Position numbers and translations under genes: made by a program. Shown one piece after another: positions 38,470 through 51,529 of a stretch of DNA of 64,000 nt (position 1 is its first letter; every line of letters begins with the position of its first letter). Location: positions 117,802,001-117,866,000 of the forward strand of contig NC_058368.1 of the NCBI RefSeq assembly GCF_018350175.1. The letters are read 5' to 3'. The stretch comes from Felis catus. Taxonomy: Eukaryota. Below the pieces are notes generated by a model. That model was given only the letters and a program-made list of their open reading frames with translations. It was not told the origin of the DNA and made no database searches.

Positions 38470-38975
38470 ACTTAACTGAGATATGACTGACATACAAAAA
38501 GCTATATATATTTATTTAATGTAGACAATGTGAGTTTGGAGATAAGTCAATCTATGCCATAAACATCCAACACCTTCAAAAGTTTCTTCTTGCTTTCTTT
38601 ATCACCATCTATTTTCTTTCTTTTTTAATTTTTTGGTGATTACAAAAAAGATCTCCCTTTTAAAAAAAATTTTTTTTTTAAGTTTACTTATTTATTTTGA
38701 GAGAGAGCACGAGTTGGGGAGGAAGAGAGAGAGAATCCCAAGCAGGCTCTGCACTGCCAGCGCAGAGCCTGATGTGGGGCTCAAACCCACGAAGCCACAA
38801 GATCATGACGTGGGCCAAACCCAAGCATCAGACTCAACTGACTGAGCTACCCAGGCACCCCAAGATATGCCTTCTTAGCAAAATTTTAAATGCACAATAC
38901 AGGGCTGTTAACTCTGGGCACTACGCTATATAGTAGATGGCTAGGACTTAGTCATCTTGCATAGCTGAAGTCCTC
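38470..38975 (-). mobile_element. L1M 3'-end fragment interrupted by a minus-strand Can-SINE (38659-38860)
   Basis: taactgagatatgactgacatac...ttaaatgcacaatac...ggacttagtcatcttgcatagctgaa. Confidence 0.8.
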
Positions 38976-41264
38976 TGACTTCTTGGATACAGATGTTTTA
39001 GGCCTTTATTTGATAAATATTTACGAGCTGATTATGATGTGTATGACCTTGCACTGGCTATAGCACATGCAAGCTTTGTAGAAGAGAGCCCCTGGTTGCA
39101 AGGAGGTTCTGGCCAACGGTGAGGGCTGGGCAGGACACAAGACAGTGGCTCCTGTCCAGGAATCTTAATAACACCATAATTTTCTCTGCCTTACTCGCAT
39201 AGCAGTGGGAGAATCTGTTTATACGTTACCTGCCTCAAATTTCGTTTTCACCAGAAGGGCACTAAAGATCTTCATAAAACCAAATACCCTTCAAGGAAAG
39301 AGAGATTATTGCCACCTGGGGAAGCCACAGCTGCCCGAAGAGCCAACAAGGTTGGAGGAGGGTGCATCTCAGGGTGCTGTGAGTCTGGGACCTGGAAAAC
39401 CAGCTGTAAAGGGAGGTGCAGGCCTGAGTGCACTGAGCTGGGACTTGAGCCCTCACTCCCCATTTCCTCGCTGTGCAACCTAGGTCATTCGCTTGCCTTA
39501 GCCAAGCTTTGTTTTCCTAACCTGTGTTCCAGAATATTTTCTCACAGGCCTGTTTTTAGTTCTAAATAGGATAATGTAGGTAAAGTGCCCAGCACATAGA
39601 AGATAGCTCTTTGCAGCTCTCCAGCCAGCTACAGCACTGGGTCCAAGGACGGAACGTTAAAAACCCAAACCTATAATTCAAACCAAGGGCATTCATTTCC
39701 TTCTCAGGACCACGTGGCTTCCATAAGTTCTGCCTTTCCTCATTCTTTCTTTCCTAAAGGCTGTCATTAGCCCATCTCTGATAAATCAGACCACTCTTTT
39801 CCTCCTAAATTCCTGCTGCCCAAATGAGACTATGACTTACCCTTGCTTTTCTGGTAATACCATCTTGTGTTTATGGAGGACCTTATGTTTGTGTACATGT
39901 TCATTTGATCCTCACAGATTACCATAAAAGGGATTATTGAGCGTTCTTTACCACCAAGCAACAAAAACCTCCCTCCTCCTGGCAAATAATCTTTCAACAC
40001 TCAGTCACATCAAAACACTCTATAAATCCAATAAACTCTGATTCTCATTTCCTTTCCTGAGTTCTACAGGCTGAGATTCTGGCCTCCTTTTTTCTTTGGC
40101 CATTTGTATTTCAAGATTTCCCATACACTATCTTTGTGTAGATTTCGGTCTTCAAAGCGTCCTTTGAACCTCTTATCCTCCTTGTTTCTTTCTGCACTTG
40201 CCTTAAATTCTTTGCTACTTTCCCCACTCTTCACATATCTTCTTTGCTTGCTTCCCTGCACCTCCCCCAACAAGCTTTCCAGTACTTCTTAGATGACTAC
40301 TTCTCTTGGCCTTTTCCGGTCCTAAATTCCTACACATCTCTTTTGTATGACCATAGACAGGGCCATTTGCTCCATAGCCACCTTTCCCCTCCTTTTCTCT
40401 GCATCTTGCCTCGGCCACGTCAGCCTCGTTACTCCCTGCCTTCCTGACCATCGCACTGCTCCACCCAACAACAAAGTCATATGCTTTGTTTTCCTTCCTG
40501 AGCACCCCCTCCCAGGGTGGTTGCTTCTGGCCTGTGTGTGTGTGCCTCCCTCACTCCGCCCTGTAAACCCAGGCCTGCCCACGTATAACCTGTCTGTCTG
40601 CTCCTTTTATTTGGGATCTGGGGAGCTTCTCACAGATATGGCCCTGGTCACAGGATCCATGTGCTCACCTCTCCATGTCCCTTCTGTGTGAGTTTGGTTT
40701 GTCTTTAGGTAGAAGACATCGAGGTGTCCTCTGCGCCATGTTCTTCCTTGCTTTACGGGAACAGAAGTGACTTCCACAGGAATGTGTGGTGAGCTTGAGG
40801 TCCCTATGGAAAGCACCTGACAGTTGGCTAGCCCCAATCTGCAGAATCCTGTTGATGTTTCTGAACTACCTTCCAGGAAACGCTGGGATCCTGCAAGCTT
40901 CTAATTGGGATTTTATCTTCTAAAAATATCTTTAATCCTTAAGAAATAGAATAAAATGCCTTTACTCAAATGTGTATTCAACCGGTGTAGATACCTGTGT
41001 TCTTATTTACAGTCTTCAGTGGAGGGAGAATTAAAATTGAACATATAAATGAGTTGAATAAAAGCACTATTTTATCTGCTTCATAGTTGGGGTATCAATA
41101 AGATTTTGTTTATGAAAGATTCTCCAGCTGAAAGAAAAGGCTGGAAAACCACTGTCTTCCATGAACACCCCAACTCCTCTCTCACTTGGCCTGAAACTGT
41201 TGGACCATCATAGTTTTTTTTTTCTCTCTTGATCTTACAGGGGTCTCCAAAAATACCCTGATTT

Positions 41265-41465
41265 GGGGGCACCTGGGCCGCTCAGTCAGTTAAGTGTTCG
41301 ACTCTTGATCTTGGCTCAGGTCATGATCTCACGGTTCATGAGATCGAGCCCTGCTTCAGGCTCTGCGCTGACGGTGTGAGCTTGGTTGAAATTCTGTCTC
41401 TGCCCCTGCCCTGTTCACGTATACTTGCGCTCTTTCTCTCTCTCAAAATAGACTTTAAAAAAAAA
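41265..41465 (+). mobile_element. Can-SINE
   Basis: gggggcacctggg..ctcagtcagttaag head, CT-rich region, A tail. Confidence 0.92.
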
Positions 41466-41758
41466 GTTTTGCAAAAATTAGCCAACAAGTCTAAAAGTCA
41501 CCTCTACTCCTCTACCCCCCCCCCCCAAATTAACTGTTTGTTCTTTTTCAGCCTGCTTTTTGTAAGTTTATCACTTTAACATAGTGTAGTCCTAGCCTAG
41601 TACAGTCTACTGAGATGAGGTCGCTTATTACACCATTCTGCGTATGTCAGGCATTAAAATTTTTTAGTCTTTTTGCTGTCCTGGAGATTCTCTTGCCTTT
41701 TCCTACTTTTCAGCGAGTTCTAATGAATCCTAAATGATAGTGTTTTATCGTGTGTGTG

Positions 41759-41968
41759 TTTTTTAAGTCTATTTATTTTGAGAGAGAGAGCTCACATGTG
41801 TATATGAGCAGGGGAGGGGCAAAAAGAGAGGGAGAGAGAGAATTCCAAGCAGGCTCCACTCTGTTAGTGCAGAGACTGACCTGGGGCTTGATCCCATGAA
41901 CCAGGAGATCATAACCTGAGATGAAATCAAGAGTCGATGCTCAACTGACTGAGCCACCCAGGTGCCCC
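41759..41968 (-). mobile_element. Can-SINE
   Basis: TSD gatagtg(g)tttt. Confidence 0.92.
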
Positions 41969-42219
41969 AAGGATAGTGGTTTTTAAGCCAACCTCTAATT
42001 CTTCTTTCTACTATTTCATTGATAAGGACAATAACTAGGCTTTTGCAGCAACTATAGTAAAGGCTTCCTATATGCTTTTTGTCTTTCATTGACAGGGTGT
42101 CTAAAAGAGATCAAGTTCTCCATACATCTGAAATTCACTTCAAATTCTTTGTCTCTAGGGATTAAACTTACAGTAAATATGTACATTATTGTGCTGCAGA
42201 TGCCTATCATAGACAGACA

Positions 42220-42620
42220 GTAACGGGTACCATGTATTGAGCATGTCAAATATGCTGCTTCATTCTTTATGCATATTAACCTCATTTAATTGCCTTTGAG
42301 GTAGATAGTACTATTATCCTTATTTTATACTTTATTTATTTTTTAGTGTTTGTTTATTTTTGAGAGAAAGAGAGCATGAGAGGGAGGGTCACAGAGGGAG
42401 ACACAGAATTCGAAGCAGGCTCCAGGCTGCTGTCAACACAGAGCCCGACACGGGGCTCGAACCCATGTACTGTGAGATCATGACCTGAGCCGAAGTTGGA
42501 CAGTTAACCGACTAAGCCACCCCAGATGTCCCCTTATTTTATACTTTAAAAAAGGGAGGCTCAGAGAGGTTAGCTGACTTGCACCCTAGGGCTCTTAAGT
42601 GGGAAGCCCAAGACTAATTT
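42220..42620 (-). mobile_element. MIR interrupted by a Can-SINE (42335-42533)
   Basis: MIR core split at TSD ccttattttatacttta, resuming with gaggctcagagaggtt. Confidence 0.85.
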
Positions 42621-43099
42621 GGTTTATGCTGTCAGAGCATGAACTCCATATGGTGATATGATACCTGCCCCTCCTATGAGTGCATCTGCTTCTATCCACT
42701 TTTTATCCTCCTTCTTGATCCACTCTTTAACACTATTCCTTTCTCTTCCCCCAGAGCTCCTAGCCTGCCAACTTGGCTTCATTGGAGGTGGCAGTGGGGG
42801 GCTTCTGGCCTGGAGACATGGAACATCTACCCTTCCACACCTGCCTGAGATGTCCTCTGGTCTTTGAATGTTGACCTCAGACTCCCCAGCTTGGACCAGA
42901 GAGTTATTTATTCTCCTTCTAAGCCAATGAGGCAAGCCTGGATGATGATATGAATCTTTCTAGCCATGGCTCAAATGAAACGATTTTTTCAGGTTCTTAG
43001 AGCTAGTGTTGGACAGAGATAGGACAAGATCCAGGGGTCTTCATTCTCTCCAACTAAGCAAATTACCTCTTGAGACAATATTTCAATACTAATTTCCTA

Positions 43100-43670
43100 T
43101 TAACAGTTTACTTTTATTCAGCACTTTAGTGCCCAAATGCTGTTATAGTGCTTTTCATACATTATATCTTTTTTTTTCGTGTTTATTTATTTTTGAGGGG
43201 GGTGGTGGGCAGAGAGAGAGGGAGACACAGAATCTAAGCAGGCTCCAGTCTTTGAGTTGTCATCACGGAGCCCGATGCAAGGCTTGAACTCACAGACCAT
43301 GAGATTATGAGCTGAAGTTGGATGCTCAACCGACTGAGCCACCTGGGCACCCCTGTATCTTTTTTTTTTTTTAATGTTTATTTATTTGGAGAGGGAGGGA
43401 GGGGCAGAGAGAAAGAGGGGGACAGAGGTTCCAAAGCAGGCTCTGCACTGTCAGTGTAGAGCCTGATGCAAGGCTCCAACCTATGAACCATAAGATCATG
43501 ATCTGAGCTGAAGTCGGACCCTTAACTGACGGAACCACCCAGGCGCCCTGCATTTTATCTTTTTAATACTATAAAAATTCAACAAAAATATCCCCATTTT
43601 ATTATCCTCATTTTGCACTAAGGGAGCTGGCTCAGGGAGCCAGTAACTTGGGTAATATCACACAGCAGAT
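43100..43670 (-). mobile_element. MIR remnant carrying two tandem minus-strand Can-SINEs (43168-43353, 43359-43548)
   Basis: two heads on the minus strand; catt(a/t)tatcttttt duplicated on the outside. Confidence 0.85.
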
Positions 43671-44035
43671 AGAACAAGACACTCTTGACCACTAACTGAT
43701 ACTTCTTCCCCCTTCTCCCTTTTTTTCTCACCAAAGGTAATCCATGTTCATTATGGAACTATTTCAGTGCTGATTTTTAAAAATCTTCCTTCTGTCAATA
43801 AGGCTAAATCTGGAGTACTTTAACCTCTTAAAATGGCACTGATTCTCATGTGTACATCTGTGAACCTTCATGGGAAGAGTGTTTTTCCCATTAATTTTTT
43901 AAATAAAGTTAAAAAAAAGTGAACTTTATTCTTTTTTAGACTCGATATTTAGGTTAAGATCCACTGCAAACGTGAAGGTAAACAACCTTGATCTTTGGCT
44001 ATCCTCTAATAGAGCTTTATGGTAAATACTTTGTC

Positions 44036-44203
44036 CAGTGCCTCTCAAAATTATAACATGCATGTGAATTCCTAGGAATCTTGTTAAAATGTGGATTCTG
44101 TTTTCAGAAGTCTAGTCTGGGGCTCAAGATTCTGCATTTGTAACCAGCTTCCAGGTGATGCTCAAACTGCTGGGCCAGGAGAACCAAACTTTGAGAAGCA
44201 GGA
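44036..44203. mobile_element. MER5A-like hAT-Charlie MITE
   Basis: cagtgcctctcaaa...cttgttaaaatgtggattctg...tctgcatttgtaaccagcttccaggtgatgct...ctttgagaagca. Confidence 0.85.
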
Positions 44204-45059
44204 GCAGTGTTCTAATCCTACTTAATTTTCAAGAAAGATATTCAAATTCAACTATTACTTTCCAAACTGCTAAATAACCCAAGCCTCAAATGATTGTTAG
44301 AAACAATCCCTGTCCTCAGGGTCCATAGCATTCTGATTTTCATGGAATTTTTTGGGCTTGACCTTGACTCCCTTTTTGGTTTATATTAGTACATGCAGGT
44401 AAACTCTCCAGTTTCCATATCATTGCTTCTTTGTAAGCTGAGTCATTCCTCTCTCACGAGTAGGATGTTATTTGGGTCATGGCTTGAGCCAGCCCATGTG
44501 TCCTGCTTGAAGGTTCTGCAGTAAATTTTCTAAGAAAAAATTGTCAATATCACTTTTTTGAGACGTCTCTGTGAGTTGGGGCAGGGGGCAGGGAGAAAGA
44601 TTTGGGAGCTCGGGATTGAAGATCAGTGTGGTCTTGCCTGTGTGCCATTATTTGATAAAGTGCAGCAAAAGTCTGCCTCTTTCCTACCCCCATTCTGCCT
44701 ACTCTGAGCCTTGGCCATGTGCAGAATGGACTCTGGATGGCAGTTGTGGATGCTCAGCACAAAAGGTTTCTTGTTTGCTAAAGGGTCTATCAGTGTTTAA
44801 ATAGAACAGGCGGAAGCACAGGCACACCGTATCAGCAGCTTATCGGGGCCCATGGCTTTCCCTGTACATTTGCTAGTCACTTGAGTTTACCCAGCTCCAT
44901 CAGCACTGAGTTAAAAATTGCAAGGCCAGGCTGTACAACAAGGGGAACAAGAATAGGTCAGTTACTGAATACAGGGGTTTGTGTGGGTCCTTGGACCTTA
45001 CTTGCATTCTGCCCATGGAGAGAATGAAGCGTGGTGGTCTGTGTATTAAGAGGCATCAG

Positions 45060-45236
45060 AGGGTCACCTGGGTGGGTCAGTTGGTTAAGCATCCAGCTCT
45101 TGATTTCGACTCAGGTCATGATCTCATGGTTCGTGGGTTCAAACCCTGCATTGGGTTCTGCACTGACAGTGTGGAGCCTGCTTGGGATTCTCTCTTCCCA
45201 CCCCACTGTCAAAAAAAAAAAAAAAAAAAAAAAAAA
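45060..45236 (+). mobile_element. Can-SINE
   Basis: TSD aag(a/t)ggca(t/c)ca; long A tail. Confidence 0.92.
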
Positions 45237-45599
45237 GTGGCACCACAGGGAACTGAAGTTCGCTTTAGAGAACTGGGAGGACTCCAGAAGCTAGGATAAC
45301 TCCCTGGGGCAGAAATAGTGGAGATACATCTTGTGACCCTGGCTCTCCATTTGAGCTTCCCAGGTTTGTAGTCAGCCGAGGGAGTGGTTATAGAAGGTGT
45401 CTATGAATACCTACAATTGTATGTACTTTTGGCATTTGCAAGCATGCGTGCACATTTATCCGGGAGTGGATCCATGACCCAAAGGGCCAAATGTTCCTGT
45501 ACTAGTTGGGCTGCGTTTTCTTGGAAGGCAATCTTCAGGAGAGAGAGATGGGCAGCCTGCTTTACAAACGAGTCCTTTCCATTTATAATCATTCCTCCC

Positions 45600-45815
45600 A
45601 GGAACTTGTTCTATGCCAAGTGCTTTGCAAGCTGCTTTAGAAGTATTACCTCATTTAATTCTCAGAACAATCTCCTGAAATAAGAATTGTTATTTTTATT
45701 TTACAGATGAAGAAACTGAGGCTTAAAGGGTTGTGATGTGTCCAAGGTCACAGAGCTAACTTAAAGATATAGCTACCATCTGAACCTGGGCTTCCCGGTT
45801 CCAGAGCTCTTAGCA
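45600..45815 (-). mobile_element. MIR
   Basis: ttttacagatgaagaaactgaggctt...ccaaggtcacagagcta. Confidence 0.85.
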
Positions 45816-45894
45816 CTGTGGACAGCTATCTCTAGTGTTTTAATACACATGTCTGAGCTTCACACATTCATTGGTTAACTCTAACTGGCAAGAA

Positions 45895-46196
45895 TCATCC
45901 CAAACTTCAGCCATCTTCATGCTGTTTGCATGCTTCATGTATTTTGTCGTATTTATATCATCTATATCGTTAAATTACTATTTAATTAAACATGTATTAA
46001 ATGTTATTAAATTTGTCATCACTTAGCCTCATCCTGAACAATATCCACAAAACAACCATCCATTGTGCCAACCTCATTTTTCTTTGAGTTCACACTAAAA
46101 TAAGTACATAACCATTACAATGAAAGATTTTACGTCCCACCTTGCATTATCTACGGCACCGTGAGTGTTTTGGTACTGTATGTTGAACAACCCCTG
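45895..46196. mobile_element. Old hAT-Charlie (MER113-like) remnant
   Basis: cccaaacttcagcca start and AT-rich core resembling the reverse complement of 56700-56772. Confidence 0.45.
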
Positions 46197-47930
46197 TAAG
46201 ATGTAAAGGTGCATGTGTCTATGCCATAGAATTGTGGGCAAACTAAAATCACTCCTACAACCCCACCCCAGGCAGCCTTCCCATCCAGGCCCCGGCCCCC
46301 CTCATGGGGAGTGGTGCAGGGAACCTCAGGAGGGGGCTGGGCAACCCCAGGGAAGGCACTCTTCTGGTGGAGACCACACTCTGTCTTTCAGGGCTCTAAT
46401 GAGACAGCAACAGGGCCAAGAAAAAGACTACTACTTAGCTAGCCTTGAGGGGGCTGAAGGATTCCAGGGACTGGGGCAAGAATCTGGACCCCATCACTGT
46501 GTGCTCCTGCTGAAGGGATGTGCAGGGATACTGGGGGTTATGGAAGACACGGCCTTGCCATGAGCAGAGTTTGGGTGGTAAAGGGTTCCAGTCGAGGATG
46601 AAAGAGGCCTCTAACTAAACTCCAGTTGTTCCTATTTCCAGCCTAACCCAATGTTCCTTCCTAAATTCTACTGCCTCTGGGGCATAAATTAAAGAGAGAT
46701 TTGGAGTCTTATTGTCTGAAATTGTATGCATTTGACCTACATTGCTGTGTCTTTAATACAAGCAGCTAAAGAGTAATTCCTAACTTCCTGACTTCACTGT
46801 TTATACCCAAAATGTGCTAAGACCCTAAGTAACCTAGCACCCACACTTTTTTTGCCCCAGTAAAGTTGCACTTTATGTGCTAAACTTCCCAGTCTTGGAC
46901 TTTCAGGAATTTTGTAATTTGGCAATCTCTCTAACCATCAAGCAAGACAAAGGATGGCAGCCTACTCATGCTTTGAAGGGGAAGGATTCCGGGAGTCTGC
47001 TCTCTTTCACTGGCCTGGAGACATCAGTGGGAAAGGACCAGCTGCTCCACAGATCTCTGTGACTAGACCCACCTGTAGCAGTAAAGTGACACTGGTCTAC
47101 CCCACAGCTGATCTGCTATCTTGATCATTCCAGACACAGTGATTGCCTGCCTGTGGTGATTCCAGCTGTTAATATTTCAGTACCAATATGTGGGGAAAAG
47201 ACATCTGCAAGCAAGAAAGAAAAGTCTGCTCTTGGATTGGGCTGGGCATTTAGCACTGTGACTGTCCTCATCCTTGTGGTTCAGCAGTAGCTGACCCTGG
47301 ACACTTCTGTGGGAGCTGCAGTAGTTCTGGTCCCCCAAACAAAATTCCAGCTCCCTGGGGGTGCAATAGTCATCCTTTCCTGTCTGCCCCCCAAAATGGC
47401 AGGGCCTGACCAAGAACTCCCAGGTAGAGTACTTTTTAAAATGTCCCTCGCCAGCTTTCAACTTCATATTCCATTTTCCACCCCCACCCCTCCTCCCACC
47501 AGGAGCTTGTGGCTTGAGTTTACAGCAACACCAGGCACAAATGGAATGCTGCCAGTCGCAGGAGATTCCAAGGGAGATAAAAAGCACATCTTTGACCACT
47601 TCTTTACCAAACAGACCCGAGATGTGTAATTAAAGGCCCCGGGACTCTGCTGGAAATAGGTTTAAACTTGAGGTAATCCCTTCTGGCACTTCCTCTTCCT
47701 AATAACCATCAACAAAAATCAAACAAATCCACCTGGCTCCAGCCAGTAAGCCTGTAAACCAGCAAAGGTCACTGGAGGAGCGATAAGAGAAAAAAGCGGC
47801 CACAAACAGCGTTACTGGAAACACATGTCGGGACGTGTTAGAAAGTGACTCCTGCCAGGACCATCCTGGCCCCGAGACGAGCCTGTTCTGCTGTCGAGAA
47901 ACACATTCCGCCCCCGAAAAGGAGCGCTGG

Positions 47931-48070
47931 TGGCACGCACACGCGCACGTCCACCCCCCGTGCACGCCCACCCCCCGTGCACGCCCACCCCCACGCGCGC
48001 ACGCACGCACACACCCCCCGCGCACACACCCACACATCCCCCACGCACGCACGCACGCACGCAAGCGTGG
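47931..48070. repeat. CpG-rich low-complexity (CACG/CACC)n tract with a 17-bp tandem duplication
   Basis: ccaccccccgtgcacgc at 47951-47967 and 47968-47984; (cacg)n run at about 48042-48061. Confidence 0.9.
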
Positions 48071-48199
48071 GGAAAGACGAGCAGGGGAAGCCTAGTAGTG
48101 CCGCCTGCCTTCATTTCTACTAAGATGTGTGACTCAGCCAGAGAGAGACGAGAGAGGAGGCCGTTCTTAACGTTTACTTTCCTCCTCTTTCCAAATGTA

Positions 48200-48630
48200 A
48201 TGCATGGCCGTTATTGAGGATACTGTTGATAAGAAAAACCGAGAACAAGGTACTGTATTTCCCCCTAATTCCACCACGCAGGGATTGCTCCTGCGAACAT
48301 CTTGGTGCATCTTCTCCCAGTCTGTTTTTGGTGCATGCATGTGTATGTGGGTGTCAGATATAGAAACACATATGCATGGGAAAGGATTTTTTTTAAACTT
48401 TCAAACCGCATTTCACGGTGCAAACTATTTTTAGCCTGGTTTTTGTTTCAGTCTATCTTGAGCGTCTTTTTCATCGTCTCGTGTTACATCATTTTAAGTG
48501 GCTGAATCGTATTCCATCACCTGACAGCACCACACGTTAATCATCTCCTATTATTCGATGTTTGGGCTGTGTCCCAGTTCACGTCTCTCCCCTCCCCTCA
48601 TAAAGCTGTGTTGTGGAAACATCCTGACTG
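48200..48630 (-). mobile_element. Decayed L1ME-like fragment
   Basis: ttttaagtggctgaatcgtattccat...tttgggctgtgtcccag. Confidence 0.5.
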
Positions 48631-50079
48631 TTGGTTCTGGAGTTGAAAGGGCGGGTGTGTCCGCTGGCTTGAGCGTGACTAGGTGAGCTCAGCAGCACCT
48701 ACCTCCGCTTTGGGGTAGGGGGTTTGGGGGGAGGTGGAGAGGGCAAGTCCTGGTAGCATCCTTGTCAGCATGATTTTATATGAATTTGTCACAACAGGAA
48801 GTAGGACGAAGGGGCTTGCCTTGAGTATCTTGGGGTAGTGTGCAGTTTCAGATGTGTGCTATTTTGAATATCTTGAGTGAGTGTAAATACGGAACCTTCA
48901 ATCAAAAACTTGAGTACACGTTCTAAGAAGTTGGAGTACAGCTTGAAAAACACCCCAGGATAGGATTCCAGTTTTGTGCTTTTCAAAAAATTTTCAGCCT
49001 TCGAATTCCGCCTGTGATGCTAGTCATTTTGTTCCGATTGACCAACATGAAAAAAAAAGGCTTTGGAAGGCATAATGTACTTGGCAGTATGTGCATGTTG
49101 TAGGATATAAAAACTGTGTCAATGAATAGCACACAGTGAAGAAAACTGTGGAGTCATTACAGTCACGTTGAAGCCTGGAAATCACGCATTTTCAGTGCCA
49201 TCTTTGGGAAAGAGGGAGGAAAACGTGGCACTGAGCAGCCTGCCCATATTGAAAAAAAATTCCAGCCCACGGAGACACAGCCATTGGGGTGGATATTTCC
49301 TTGGGAGCAGCTGCTATTGCTATGGCTCCATTTGGCCCACCCACCTACCAGGGACACTTAGGGAAACCCATGTCCTTGGGACCTGAATACCAAGAAAGTG
49401 ACCCAACTTTGTGTCACACTCTTGTCTTTCCAGAGCCCAGAGGACTTGCTGAGGGAGCAGGCTTGACCCAGGAGGTAGTCTTAGAAGCACCGTTATGCGC
49501 ACAAAGCTTTATCCTGATTTGGGGAGCCGCCTAGTGCTATCGTCCCCTTGCTCAGGTCTAAGGGCTGGACTGTAAGTAGTGGATCCCTTCTGCCTGGTGA
49601 GTCCCCATCACCTAAGAGGAAAATTGGTTGGCTAGAAGCCAGGGGCCGGGGTAAATAGCGACTGGCCTTGATAAGGTACCCACCTGCCTAAGGATAGAGC
49701 AGCTAGGCAGGCCACGAGCTGGAGGTGGCCTTCGGTTAGAGCAGGTTCCAGCGAGCCCTAGCGTCTGTGTGCATGGCTCTGTCAGGGGTAATAGTATCCC
49801 CTCCCACAGCTGGGCAGAATTTGGAGGGAACCCAGGCCACCTGGAGGGATTCCACAATGATTGGGGTACAGGGAGGAAAGGGTAGGTCTGTGCAGATAAG
49901 GTGGCGATTGGGGTGATTCCCTCTGCATACCTAGTCACTCTCTTTCCCATCTGCTTTTCGTATCGCCCACACCCTCTGTGTGCTGGGCAGCACGGTAGGT
50001 GTTTAGTGTATAAAAACAAGATGTTGAGCTTCAGGAGCCTGTAGTCACTAAACTGCAGAGGTAGAGAACCCTCTTTAAA

Positions 50080-50272
50080 TTTTTTTTTTAAATGTTTATT
50101 TTTGAGAGAGAGAGCACAAGCGGGGGAGGGACAGAGAGAGAGGGAGACAGAGGATCTGGAGAGGGCTTTTTGCTGACAGCAGAGAGCCCATTGTGGGGCT
50201 TGAAGTCACAAACCGTGAGTTCATGACCCGAGCTGGTGGGACGCTTAACTGACTGAGTCACCCAGGTACCCC
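50080..50272 (-). mobile_element. Can-SINE
   Basis: TSD tagagaaccctctt. Confidence 0.93.
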
Positions 50273-50687
50273 TATAGAGAACCCTCTTAAAATATGTTAT
50301 CACAGTGCAGTGTGAATACAGTAGCAGGAGGAAGCTCATGCAAAACATAGTGTCGGTGCAGGTGCCATACTGTGTAATATGTTATTTCTTCTACTTATGA
50401 TTCTTAGTGTTGCCTTCACAAATGGATTGTAAGTGCTTTTAGGCTAGAGACCAGGTTTCTTCCTGTGACCCTTGCGTGAGCCTCGCTCAGTTCAGAGTTC
50501 ATGGTTAAGTAGTGGTCAGTGCCTTTAAATTGATCAACCAGTCTTGAACCCTGTGACAAGAATGCGGGTGGGGCTGAGAGGTTTGGATATTATAGCTCCA
50601 CCCTCTTCTGGGGGGAGGAGGCAGAAAAGCTTGGGGCTGGGGGAGAGAGTTGTTAACTCAGGCTCTGATTTCTGAAATGCCTGTTAA

Positions 50688-50906
50688 GGGGCGCTTGGGT
50701 GGCTCAGTCAGTTAAATGTCTGATTTTGGCTCAGGTCATAATCTCACGGTCTGTGGGTTCGAGCCCCGTATCGGGTTCTGTGCTGACAGCTCAGAGCCTG
50801 GAGTCTGCTTTGGATTCTGTGTCTCCCTCTCTCTATGCCCTCCCTGCTCATGCTCTGTTTCTCTCTCTCTGAAAAATAAATAAACATTAAAAAAAAAAAA
50901 ATAAAA
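50688..50906 (+). mobile_element. Can-SINE followed by a MIR fragment (gcaagttacttaacctctg)
   Basis: canonical head and tail. Confidence 0.93.
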
Positions 50907-51149
50907 TGAGCAAGTTACTTAACCTCTGTGAGGTTGTTTCCCCTCCCTGTAAGAGTTAATGATGATGCTGACCTCACAATATCTGGGGAGCTGCTTTAGA
51001 ATCCTGCCTGCCCTTCTTAGGACTCCAGCTTTTCTGATTCCCTTTGTCTTCTTTCATCAGGCACAGCTCTTTCTAGAACCAGTCTTCTCCATTCTGTTCT
51101 GAACCGGACTCTGTGGAGGTCCAGAAAGGCATTAGTCTTTCAGGTTCAC

Positions 51150-51376
51150 TTTTTTTTTTTTAATTTTTTTATCGTTTATTCATTTTTGAAAGACAGAGAC
51201 AGAGTGTGAGTGGGTGAGGGGCAGAGAGAGAGGGAGACACAGACTTTGAAGGAGTCTCCAGACTCTGAGCCGTCAGCACAGACAGAACCTGATGCGGGGC
51301 TCGAACTCACAAATTGTGAGATCGTGACCTGAGCCGAAGTTGGATGCTTAACCGACTGAGCCACCCAGGTGCCCCC
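51150..51376 (-). mobile_element. Can-SINE
   Basis: TSD ttcaggttc(a/g)ctttt. Confidence 0.93.
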
Positions 51377-51529
51377 TTCAGGTTCGCTTTTAAGGAAAAA
51401 AGGAGGAGTTTTTAAAAAGTGCTTTGGTCTCCTACAGGCTTTTTGAAAGACTTAGTGTATAACTAAGAATAAAGGAAAGACCAAGTGACTTTGTGCCACA
51501 GAGGGCTATGTAGTCTTTTTAAAAAAGTA

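Noticed and set aside
47177..47629. 140-aa and 106-aa overlapping ORFs on opposite strands
   Set aside because: No recognisable domain or supporting splice structure; such lengths are expected by chance in GC-richer intergenic DNA.
47699..48217. Six overlapping ORFs rich in H/T/R/A/C/V
   Set aside because: Low-complexity CA/CG repeats lack stop codons in all frames.
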